22,120 bases of DNA from Erysipelotrichaceae bacterium (GTDB taxonomy: Bacteria; Bacillota_I; Bacilli_A; Erysipelotrichales; Coprobacillaceae), in contig JAQVDW010000029.1 of the NCBI GenBank assembly GCA_028698185.1, forward strand, positions 1 to 22,120, in the 5' to 3' direction. The notes beneath the pieces are model-generated. The model ran no database searches. It was not told the DNA's origin and saw only the letters and a list, made by a program, of their open reading frames with translations. This document shows positions 8,404 to 15,864 of the stretch, in pieces (position 1 is the first letter of the stretch; each line of letters begins with the position of its first letter). The translations under genes and the position numbers were made by a program.

Positions 8404-8796
8404 ATGGCAAACGTACAATATAGAGGAACTGGAAGAAGAAAATCTTCAGTGGCTCGTGTTATCTTAACACCTGGAACTGGAAATTTCGTAATTAACGGAA
8501 AAGCAGCTAGAGAATATTTACCATCAGACGTATTAATGATGATCGTAAACCAACCTTTAGAATTAACTAACACTGTCGGTCAATTCGACGTTGCAGTTAA
8601 CGTAAATGGTGGAGGATACACAGGACAAGCTGGAGCTATCCGTCATGGTGTTTCTCGTGCTTTATTAGAAGCAGGAAGCGACTACCGTCCAACATTGAAG
8701 GCAGCTGGTTTATTGACTCGTGATTCACGTATTAAAGAACGTAAAAAATACGGTCTTAAAAAAGCAAGACGTGCACCACAGTTCTCAAAACGTTAA
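8404..8796 (+). CDS. rpsI: 30S ribosomal protein S9
   Basis: 130 aa. [12 protein letters not shown] and the C-terminal [17 protein letters not shown] are the S9 signature. Confidence 0.97.
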   Translation: MANVQYRGTGRRKSSVARVILTPGTGNFVINGKAAREYLPSDVLMMIVNQPLELTNTVGQFDVAVNVNGGGYTGQAGAIRHGVSRALLEAGSDYRPTLKAAGLLTRDSRIKERKKYGLKKARRAPQFSKR

Positions 8797-8811
8797 TATT
8801 CTTTGTTTTCA

Positions 8812-8835
8812 AAGTCCCTTCGGGGGCTTTTTTTG
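8812..8835 (+). terminator. Rho-independent terminator after rpsI
   Basis: AGTCCC ttcg GGGGCT stem-loop followed by TTTTTTT. Confidence 0.75.
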
Positions 8836-8876
8836 TTGTCTAGTGCCCCAAAACCAAAAGCGCAGGGCGACTGAGT

Positions 8877-9255
8877 TTATTGGTTGGTTCTGCTTTGGCA
8901 TGATTCCCGTTCAATCAAAGTACGGGGCAATGTGGTTTTGGCGGCTAGTGAAATTGCTTAGTCTAGAAGACCTGGGCCGCGCCAACTCACCTATTTCTAG
9001 GGCGAGGCATTAATTGTAGTTAAGGGGGTGAACTAGCCGGCTGAATATTATCGAATCCAATGATGGAAATATCTTCGGGAACTGTTAGATTGTGGCCTTG
9101 AATGGCTCTCATGGCTCCAATTGCGATAGGATAACTGCCGGCGAAAATCGCATCAGGAATCATTTGGTGGCAATCAATTCACTCATCATCTTGTAGCCGG
9201 CGCCAACTAGTACTAGCGCACTCATAAAAGTTTTCTTCATCTGGACGGCTCAATT
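8877..9255 (-). pseudogene. Degraded LacI/GalR-family transcriptional regulator. Only the C-terminal sugar-binding half remains, with frameshifts and in-frame stops
   Basis: Hand translation of the minus strand gives RPDEENFYE / GAGYKMMSELIATK / IPDAIFAGSYPIAIGAMRAIQGHNLTVPEDISIIGFDNIQPASSPP / LTTIN...LPRTLIERESC. These pieces lie in different frames. Three in-frame stops sit in the last segment. No HTH or N-terminal half is present. The order and motifs (PDAIFA..ND/GA, VPEDIS.IGFD, PPLTTI, L..RES) are the LacI-family core. Confidence 0.75.
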
Positions 9256-9261
9256 ACATTG

Positions 9262-9317
9262 TTTTAGTAAAATATAGTAATTAATTTTACTAAAATATAC
9301 TCTAATTTAGTAAAAAT
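9262..9317. repeat. TAGTAA-box array with a 12-bp perfect inverted repeat upstream of the gal promoter
   Basis: TTTTAGTAAAAT (9262-9273) and ATTTTACTAAAA (9284-9295) are exact reverse complements, with a 10-nt spacer. The 15-mers at 9262-9276 and 9285-9299 differ at 1 position. TAGTAA also occurs at 9275-9280 and 9308-9313. The last box ends 5 nt from the -35. Confidence 0.55.
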
Positions 9318-9320
9318 TTG

Positions 9321-9348
9321 TTGACAGCGCTTCAATTGGTGTTAGAAT
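9321..9348 (+). promoter_or_regulatory. Sigma-A promoter for galM-galK
   Basis: TTGACA (9321-9326), 16-nt spacer, TGtTAGAAT (extended -10, hexamer 9343-9348). A leader of about 120 nt runs to the galM ATG. Confidence 0.6.
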
Positions 9349-9473
9349 AGATTTAAGAAAACGATCTAACCATTAAATTCGTAAATGTTTTAAAAGATTG
9401 TTGTATGTTTAAAATGAATGATGCGGGAATTGTAGCATTTATAGAATTCGTGGAAAGCATGGGAGTGTAAACA

Positions 9474-10484
9474 ATGATTGAGATAACGGAAAAAAACAAA
9501 GATAATATCGATTTGATTACGATAAAAAACGCCAAGTTGGAAGTGACTTTATCCAATCTTGGATGTACGATTTTAAAAATTATTCTGTTTAAGGCGGACG
9601 GTTCCTGCCAGGATGTGGTTTTGGGTTATGATGATATTCACGACTATTTGAAATATGACGGATATTTGGGGGCGGTGGTTGGCCGCGTTGCCAACCGGAT
9701 TGCCAAAGGCCGGTTCAAATTGAATAATCAAGAATATGAATTGGCGATCAATAATGGGCCAAACCATCTTCATGGGGGAATCAAGGGTTTTAGTTATCGG
9801 ATTTTTGACTATCGCATAGTTGACGACATGACAGTTGAGCTGAGTTATCGTTCCCAAGATGGCGAGGAAGGATATCCCGGCAATCTTGATGTGAAGGTTC
9901 TCTACACAATTGACGGTGATCGGTTGCTGATTCGTTATCTGGCGCAAAGCGATCAGGATACTCTGATCAATTTGACTAATCACTCATATTTCAACTTGGA
10001 TCAGGATAATCATGGTATTGAAGAACACTATCTTCAAATCGATGCAACAAAATTTGCCTGTGTTGATGGCGATGGCTTGGCAACCGGGGAGATAGAAAAC
10101 GTGGCCGGGACGACCTTTGACTTTACCAGGTTGGGTCAAATAAAAGATCATTTGGCTATATATGACAAACAGCTTGAACTAGGTAATGGCATTGACCACC
10201 ACTTTATTTTCAAAGGGAAAAAAAACCAAGTAAGTTTGGTCAATCCCGATAAATCCTTGCAGCTGATTGTTTCGACCAGCCTCCCTGGGGCCCAGATCTA
10301 TACCGCCAATTATCTGGACGGGCGAATGGGAAAAAACGGCCAATCATATCCGGCGCGATTTGGGGTGTGCATTGAAACCCAAAATATGCCTGATGCAATT
10401 CATATTGAAAAAAATCCAACGACAATTCTTAAGAAAGGGCAAAGATATGATGAATTCACATCATATCAATTTATAGAACTATAA
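9474..10484 (+). CDS. galM: Aldose 1-epimerase (galactose mutarotase)
   Basis: 336 aa. GRVANRIAKGRF, NNGPNHLHGG, LTNHSYFNL and the C-terminal ETQ..PDA motifs are typical of GalM. A GGGAG RBS is present. Confidence 0.9.
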   Translation: MIEITEKNKDNIDLITIKNAKLEVTLSNLGCTILKIILFKADGSCQDVVLGYDDIHDYLKYDGYLGAVVGRVANRIAKGRFKLNNQEYELAINNGPNHLHGGIKGFSYRIFDYRIVDDMTVELSYRSQDGEEGYPGNLDVKVLYTIDGDRLLIRYLAQSDQDTLINLTNHSYFNLDQDNHGIEEHYLQIDATKFACVDGDGLATGEIENVAGTTFDFTRLGQIKDHLAIYDKQLELGNGIDHHFIFKGKKNQVSLVNPDKSLQLIVSTSLPGAQIYTANYLDGRMGKNGQSYPARFGVCIETQNMPDAIHIEKNPTTILKKGQRYDEFTSYQFIEL

Positions 10485-10486
10485 TC

Positions 10487-11764
10487 ATGAAAAAAGCAAG
10501 CACACTAATAACCGAGTTTGAACATGGAGCATACAATCAAAAACTAGTTGCGATTTATGCGGATGATAATTTGATTCCCGGTCAAGTAAACCGCTACATC
10601 AAAGCTTTGAAGAAGTTCATTGATCTTTACCAGGATCAGGAAGTCGCGATTTTCTCCACTCCTGGCCGCAGCGAAGTGTGCGGGAATCACACTGACCATC
10701 AAAACGGTCAAGTGTTGGCGGCAGCAATCAATCTTGATATAATCGCAGTAGTGGCAAAAGACAATGATGCGGTCAAAGTAGTCTCAGATGATTATGATTT
10801 GAATCCAATTTTGATTGATGATTTAACAAAGCGTCTTGATGAAATCGAAACATCACAAGGACTGATCCGGGGGATATTGTCCCGCTTCAATGAACTCAAC
10901 TACAATATCGGTGGTTTTAAAGGGTACATGACCAGTGATGTTCTCCAAGGTTCCGGCTTGTCGTCATCAGCAGCCTTTGAAGTTATGATTGGAACCATTC
11001 TTTCAGGCCTGTATAATGAAATGGAAGTTGATCCGGTGATTATTGCCCAGATTGGACAATATAGTGAAAACATCTATTTTGGCAAACCATGTGGCTTGAT
11101 GGATCAATGTGCTTGTTCAGTGGGCAGCCTGATCAATATTGACTTCAAGGACAAAGATAAACCACGGGTTGTTAAAATCGAAAAAGACTTCTCCAAATAC
11201 CATCACAGTTTATGTATCGTGGACGTGAACGCATCTCATGCCGATTTGACGAATGATTATGCGGCAATTCCTTATGAAATGAAAAAAGTCGCCGAATATT
11301 TCGGTAAGGAAGTGCTGGCAGAAGTGGCTCAAGAGGAGTTCTACAATAATATTCCTGCGATTCGTGTAGCGACTGGGGATCGGGCTGTTTTAAGGTCAAT
11401 TCATCTATTCAATGAAAACAAAAGAGTTATCCAAGCGGTTGCGGCTTTGGAAAATGATGATTTTACTGCCTTTAAGCAAATCGTTGCCGCATCGGGTCAA
11501 AGTTCATTTAAATACTTACAAAACATATATTCCAACAACTATGTCGAAAATCAAGCGGTTTCCCTGGCTTTGGCATTGAGCGAGATGATTCTTGAAGACA
11601 ATGGGGTGTGCCGGGTTCACGGCGGCGGCTTTGCTGGAACAATTCAAGCCTTTGTTAAAGATGATTTCGTTAGCACATATAAAGCTAATATTGAAAAATA
11701 TTTTGGACCAAATACTTGTCATGTCTTGAAAATCCGCAGCTTTGGGGGGATTCAAGTCGCATAA
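10487..11764 (+). CDS. galK: Galactokinase
   Basis: 425 aa. It has the galactokinase signature PGRSEVCGNHTDHQNG, the GHMP motif GSGLSSSAA, and a C-terminal HGGGFAGT. Confidence 0.93.
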   Translation: MKKASTLITEFEHGAYNQKLVAIYADDNLIPGQVNRYIKALKKFIDLYQDQEVAIFSTPGRSEVCGNHTDHQNGQVLAAAINLDIIAVVAKDNDAVKVVSDDYDLNPILIDDLTKRLDEIETSQGLIRGILSRFNELNYNIGGFKGYMTSDVLQGSGLSSSAAFEVMIGTILSGLYNEMEVDPVIIAQIGQYSENIYFGKPCGLMDQCACSVGSLINIDFKDKDKPRVVKIEKDFSKYHHSLCIVDVNASHADLTNDYAAIPYEMKKVAEYFGKEVLAEVAQEEFYNNIPAIRVATGDRAVLRSIHLFNENKRVIQAVAALENDDFTAFKQIVAASGQSSFKYLQNIYSNNYVENQAVSLALALSEMILEDNGVCRVHGGGFAGTIQAFVKDDFVSTYKANIEKYFGPNTCHVLKIRSFGGIQVA

Positions 11765-11789
11765 AAGATTGCCAGGCAATCTTTTTTTT
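11765..11789 (+). terminator. Rho-independent terminator after galK
   Basis: AAGATTGC cag GCAATCTT forms a perfect 8-bp stem, followed by TTTTTT. Confidence 0.7.
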
Positions 11790-11811
11790 GTCATTAATCA
11801 AGGAGGAAAAA

Positions 11812-13398
11812 ATGAAGAAATTCAAAGTGGTGCTCGCCGATGACGAGCCACAAATCCTAAGGGGAATGAAGGATGGAGTAGATTGGCTTAAACTAGGCTT
11901 TGAAATTGTCGGGGCCTGTGATAACGGACAAGAAGCCTTGGAACAAGTCAAGGCTTTGCAAGCAGATGTCTTGATCAGTGATATCAAAATGCCGTTTATG
12001 GATGGTTTGGAGGCGGCCAAGGCAATAGCCCAGGACTATCTGGACGTTAAAGTTGTCCTGATTTCCGGCTTCGACGAATTTGAGTACGCCCAAAAAGCTA
12101 TCAGTTATGGTGTCAGTGAGTATTTGTTGAAACCAGTCACCGGAAACCAGATTGAAGAGCTGATGGCCAAGATATATCACGAGTTGATAGAGGCGCAAAA
12201 AGAAGCTTTGAATCAACAGCGACTTGAAGAAATTTATCAACAGAGTTTTCCGATATTAAAGCAAAAGGTCCTAAAGGATATTTTGAAAGATCGGATAGAT
12301 TTCAATGAGGCTTTGAATCTGGCAAGTAAGTATGATTTAAAAATTCCCGGACCGCTATACTGTGTTTTGGAGCTGCAGTTGGAAAGTGAGGTGGGGATTA
12401 CCCAGGTTGACCAAATGGCAATCATTGCGACATTGATGAAGGACATCAATCTCATTTGCAGCTATGAAATTTGCGATTTCTTCGAACGTCCAGCAATTAT
12501 CATCTCACTTTCAGGAAAGGAAAGGATTGGGAATATTTTGAAGTACCTGATCCATGGAGGGGCCCGAATTGGGAAAATTGCAGATATTCAGGTTTTTGGC
12601 GGGATTGGGCATATTTATGATCGGATTGAAGGAATTTCACAGTCATATCGTGACTCCAACCGTGCTTTGGACTATAGCCTGGTCACTAAAGATTGTAATT
12701 TCATGTATATCAATGATATCGAAAAAATCAAACCTAGTCATTTTGCCTATGATTCCCGACAGATTCAAAACTTGCTCCAGTCGATCAAAACCGGTGACGC
12801 CAAAATTGTAAAAATGGAAGTCCGCTGCATTTTTGACCACTTGCAATCTAATTGTCAGACATTAAGCCAGTATCAAAACTATTCCTTAAAAGTCGCGTAT
12901 GCGATTGACAAAGCTGTCAACGATTTTCAACTAGCTGAAGCCTTGCCGATTTTCACGCCTGAAAACATTCAGGCGATTGTGGCAACCACCGCCAAAGGGG
13001 CACTCGAGGAATTGTTGGCGGGGCTTTGCTGTGAGGTGCAAGTTCTAATCAAGCAAAAACTGACCGATACGAACAAACTATTAGCCATCCAAGCCAAGGA
13101 ATATATTGATGACAATTATCAAAGGCCTAGCTTGGATGTTGAAGATATTTGTGAATTTTTAAATATCAGTCCATCCCACTTTTCGAATATTTTCAAAAAA
13201 GAGTTTGGGATAAACTTCATCCATTATTTGAGCGAGAAAAGAATTGGTGCGGCCAAGGAGTTGTTGGTGGCAACTGATGTCAAAACGCGGGAGATAGGCC
13301 GGTTGGTGGGTTACCAGGAGCCTAACTATTTCAGTTATGTTTTTAAGAAATGGACCGGTGAATCACCGATAATGTATCGTAAGAGAGTTCGCCAATGA
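11812..13398 (+). CDS. Two-component response regulator with AraC-type HTH output (YesN-like)
   Basis: The start is taken at ATG 11812 (AGGAGG 7 nt upstream; the ORF track opens at 11716). It has a receiver domain (VLADDEP, phospho-acceptor context VLISDIKMPFMDG, LLKP). The C-terminal AraC HTH reads PSHFSNIFKKEFG...YQEPNYFSYVFKKWTGESP. Confidence 0.88.
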   Translation: MKKFKVVLADDEPQILRGMKDGVDWLKLGFEIVGACDNGQEALEQVKALQADVLISDIKMPFMDGLEAAKAIAQDYLDVKVVLISGFDEFEYAQKAISYGVSEYLLKPVTGNQIEELMAKIYHELIEAQKEALNQQRLEEIYQQSFPILKQKVLKDILKDRIDFNEALNLASKYDLKIPGPLYCVLELQLESEVGITQVDQMAIIATLMKDINLICSYEICDFFERPAIIISLSGKERIGNILKYLIHGGARIGKIADIQVFGGIGHIYDRIEGISQSYRDSNRALDYSLVTKDCNFMYINDIEKIKPSHFAYDSRQIQNLLQSIKTGDAKIVKMEVRCIFDHLQSNCQTLSQYQNYSLKVAYAIDKAVNDFQLAEALPIFTPENIQAIVATTAKGALEELLAGLCCEVQVLIKQKLTDTNKLLAIQAKEYIDDNYQRPSLDVEDICEFLNISPSHFSNIFKKEFGINFIHYLSEKRIGAAKELLVATDVKTREIGRLVGYQEPNYFSYVFKKWTGESPIMYRKRVRQ

Positions 13399-13728
13399 TT
13401 GAAAAAGCAAACCAGTATTTCAAAAGAAGATCAATAGAGTTTATTTTCAGCTTTTTTGTTGTAGGTGTTTCCCTGACTAGTTTTGTCGATTTGGCGATGA
13501 TCTTCACCCAGTATGCCAATCAGGTATTGGTTGATCAGCTCATTGCCCGTGATGTGCAGGCGATGGTGGCATTGGCTCAAAATATTGAAGACCAAATCAA
13601 AGAAAACACTGACATATTTGATACTTTCTACTATCAAGTGATCAAAGATTACGATGTCGCCGATCCACGCTTTATTGATCAAATGACTTTCTTAAGGGAC
13701 TGCAATAGTAAAAATATCCAAAATTGTC
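13395..13728 (+). pseudogene. 5' fragment (about 111 codons) of the cognate YesM-like sensor histidine kinase, truncated by the ISL3 insertion
   Basis: The ATG overlaps the regulator stop (ATGA). An N-terminal TM segment (FIFSFFVVGVSLTSFV) is followed by an extracytoplasmic-looking region. No HAMP, HisKA or HATPase follows. The ORF runs into the IS end and stops at 13742. Confidence 0.65.
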
Positions 13729-13752
13729 GGAGGCGTCGGTAGAAAGTGTGGG

Positions 13753-15078
13753 TTAGTTTAATCCAGAGACATGTATTTTCCTTGTTGCATATGGCATGGT
13801 AATCACATTCACCAACGAGGAGCAGATTATCATAATCATATCTATCATGTTCTGGATATTTCTAAAGCCGTACGAATTTCTGATCAATACCTTGATCTTG
13901 TTGTTCATCGCTTCAATCCGAGCATTTGACAGGTTGTGTTTGACCGTAGCTATTATCGCATCATAATGCCTGCGGATTTTCTTGTTCAGTTCTACGAACT
14001 CAGGTCTGCGGCAGCGACACGCCCAGGAAAGCCATCTATCCAGCTCTTGTTTAACAACTTCTGGCGAGCAATGGAACACGTGTCTTAAGCCCTCTTTTAG
14101 CTGGTACCCCCTGAATATTCGTGGATATAGCTTGCGGATATCATCCAAACAACTCCTTTGACTGATTGTCAGGTTTTCCGGGTTTTTACCTAAAGCGTAT
14201 TTGGATCCCTTGATCTTAGTTGCCAGCCTAATAACCTCTTCACCTTTTTTAGGGCGACCCCTGCGTCTTTTGGGCTGAGCTTTATCATCATCATGCACTA
14301 TCCGCCAAGTACTTTTCCTTAGCTTGTCCATCGCTTCTATAGCCCAGGAAACAACGTGAAAGGCATCTATGCAACGCTCAGCGTTTGGTAAATTTGCGTC
14401 AACGCATGACTTAATCCACCTGGCTCCATCGGCTGAAACCAGCGTTATTTGGTCCTTTTGATTATCTGTCATCTGTTCCATGAACTTATTCAAAACAGTG
14501 GTTCCAGTTTTATCACCAACCCAGACAACCTGGTTGGTGTCGTGGTCAGTCACCACGGTAACGTACTTATGGCCCTTCCGGTAGCTTGTTTCATCAATTC
14601 CGATTCGTGTCATATTTTCAAACCCGACCGAACTATCAGGCTCAATTCTATTCTTTACTCGAGTGATAATTGAACCGACTGTTTTCCAGTTGATCCGCAT
14701 GATTTTCGATACCTCGGTCTTGTTTAGATGGATGGCCAAATAGGCAACCTGCTGCTCAAATTCTTTGGTGAAGTTAGTGTGGTGAAATGCCCAAGGAACC
14801 ATTTCGGTATGTACGCCGTGATCATCGCATTCAACACGGTGAATATCGGCTACTAGATAAACAGCACATGATCCAAAGTCCAACGCCCGCCATTTCTTAC
14901 GGGTTGTGGTTGAGTCGTAATGCGGTGCCTTCTTGCCACATATGGGACAATGATGTTTTTTACCCTTGGTCATATCCACATCGATGTAGAGAGCTTGATC
15001 ATTTTCATTAAAAGTTGCATTTTTTATCTTGATACAGTTGACATTTAGTGTAGATTTTAGTATTTTTTTGAGGGACAT
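13753..15078 (-). CDS. ISL3 family transposase
   Basis: 441 aa. It has an N-terminal zinc-finger region (HHCPICG...ECDDHG), a DDE_Tnp_ISL3-type core and a C-terminal NNKIKVLIRNSYGFRN motif typical of ISL3 transposases. Confidence 0.92.
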   Translation of the reverse strand: MSLKKILKSTLNVNCIKIKNATFNENDQALYIDVDMTKGKKHHCPICGKKAPHYDSTTTRKKWRALDFGSCAVYLVADIHRVECDDHGVHTEMVPWAFHHTNFTKEFEQQVAYLAIHLNKTEVSKIMRINWKTVGSIITRVKNRIEPDSSVGFENMTRIGIDETSYRKGHKYVTVVTDHDTNQVVWVGDKTGTTVLNKFMEQMTDNQKDQITLVSADGARWIKSCVDANLPNAERCIDAFHVVSWAIEAMDKLRKSTWRIVHDDDKAQPKRRRGRPKKGEEVIRLATKIKGSKYALGKNPENLTISQRSCLDDIRKLYPRIFRGYQLKEGLRHVFHCSPEVVKQELDRWLSWACRCRRPEFVELNKKIRRHYDAIIATVKHNLSNARIEAMNNKIKVLIRNSYGFRNIQNMIDMIMIICSSLVNVITMPYATRKIHVSGLN

Positions 15079-15126
15079 ATGGTAATCCTTTCTAGGTTTG
15101 GTCGCTTAAGAAAATACCATATGTCC
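15073..15126 (-). promoter_or_regulatory. Perfect 12-bp inverted repeat able to sequester the ISL3 transposase start codon
   Basis: GGACATATGGTA (15073-15084) and TACCATATGTCC (15115-15126) are exact reverse complements. On the minus-strand mRNA the 3' arm contains the ATG (15078-15076). The 30-nt loop contains the AAAGGA RBS. Confidence 0.45.
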
Positions 15127-15221
15127 TTTTTTGTATCAAGAAAAACAAGTAAAACGCGATTAATTCAATGAAATTAGTTGCTTATCAATAAAACTTTGCC
15201 CACACATAGTGGCGAAGAGCC

Positions 15222-15283
15222 ACATTTATTGGATTGATGTTCTTTGGGGCTAAGATATGGGATGCTTTCAATGATTTGTTTAT
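15222..15283 (+). pseudogene. Internal fragment of the GPH-family sugar:cation symporter gene (TM1-loop region), between the two IS elements
   Basis: Reads TFIGLMFFGAKIWDAFNDLF(M), matching the MelB/GPH motif ...G.LF...ARIWDAINDP.MG. About 36 N-terminal codons are missing on the left (ISL3 side). The reading frame continues at 17137. Confidence 0.65.
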
Positions 15284-15300
15284 AACCCAGCCGAGAACAC

Positions 15301-15318
15301 CCGCGACTTTAGTCGTGG
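15301..15318 (+). repeat. IS200/IS605 left-end subterminal hairpin
   Basis: CCGCGAC TTTA GTCGTGG, a 7-bp stem with one G-T pair. It is homologous to the right-end hairpin, with compensatory changes. Confidence 0.6.
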
Positions 15319-15451
15319 AGATGAATTGGCTTTTTGACATCTTTACAATGATTTAAGATGTGGATCGTATGTTGAGTGATGTTTTTCATTAAACATGCTT
15401 GGTAACTGTATTTTTTGGGTTGCATATGTTAAAATATAGGTGAGGTGATAC

Positions 15452-15859
15452 ATGATGGCTGATATAAATTACGGTCGGGGTTATGTCTATTCGATTCAAT
15501 ATCATTTGGTCTGGTGTGTGAAATACCGTCAGGACATTCTGGAGGGTAAAATCGATATCGATGTCAAGAAATTGCTGTGTCAGATAGCTCTAGACAACGA
15601 CATTGAAATAGTTGAATTGGAATCAAACAAGGACCATATCCACATGCTAATTGACTGCAAGCCCCAGCACCACATTCCCAGCATGGTAAAAGCGTTAAAA
15701 GGGGTATCCGCACGATTCCTGTTCAAGCAACACCCCGAGCTTAAAAGCAGTCTTTGGGGCGGTCATTTGTGGAATCCCAGCTACTTCGTAGCTACGGTTA
15801 GTGAAAATACTCAAGAACAGATAATAGATTACATTAAGAGTCAAAAAAAGAAGAGGTGA
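15452..15859 (+). CDS. tnpA: IS200/IS605 family Y1 (HUH) transposase TnpA
   Basis: 135 aa. It has the HUH motif [16 protein letters not shown], and a C-terminal catalytic Tyr region (IIDYIKSQ). A GGTGAGGTGA RBS is present. Confidence 0.93.
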   Translation: MMADINYGRGYVYSIQYHLVWCVKYRQDILEGKIDIDVKKLLCQIALDNDIEIVELESNKDHIHMLIDCKPQHHIPSMVKALKGVSARFLFKQHPELKSSLWGGHLWNPSYFVATVSENTQEQIIDYIKSQKKKR

Positions 15860-15864
15860 ATTGG

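Larger units (their letters stand above)
13729..15221 (-). mobile_element. ISL3-family insertion sequence (about 1.49 kb)
   Basis: It holds a single 441-aa ISL3-type transposase. The right end is ...GCCCACACATAGTGGCGAAGAGCC (reverse complement GGCTCTTCGCCACTATGTGTGGGCAAAGTTTTAT). The left end is GGAGGCGTCGGTAGAAAGTGTGGGTTAGTTTAAT, which shares the GTGTGGG..AGTTT.AT core but is poorly matched in the outer 16 nt. The left boundary is therefore uncertain (13696-13730). There is no 8-bp target duplication (AAATTGTC vs ACATTTAT). Confidence 0.8.

Noticed and set aside
8720-9013. 97-aa plus-strand ORF running from the rpsI 3' end across the terminator into the next region
   Set aside because: It reads through the rpsI terminator hairpin and is antisense to the LacI-family relic. 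It has no RBS. The region is better explained as terminator plus pseudogene.
9354-9371. cre-like (CcpA) site TAAGAAAACGATCTAACC in the gal leader
   Set aside because: It matches only about 11 of 16 informative consensus positions (WWTGNAARCGNWWWCAWW). It lacks the T of TG and the distal CA, so it is too weak to call without a scoring matrix.
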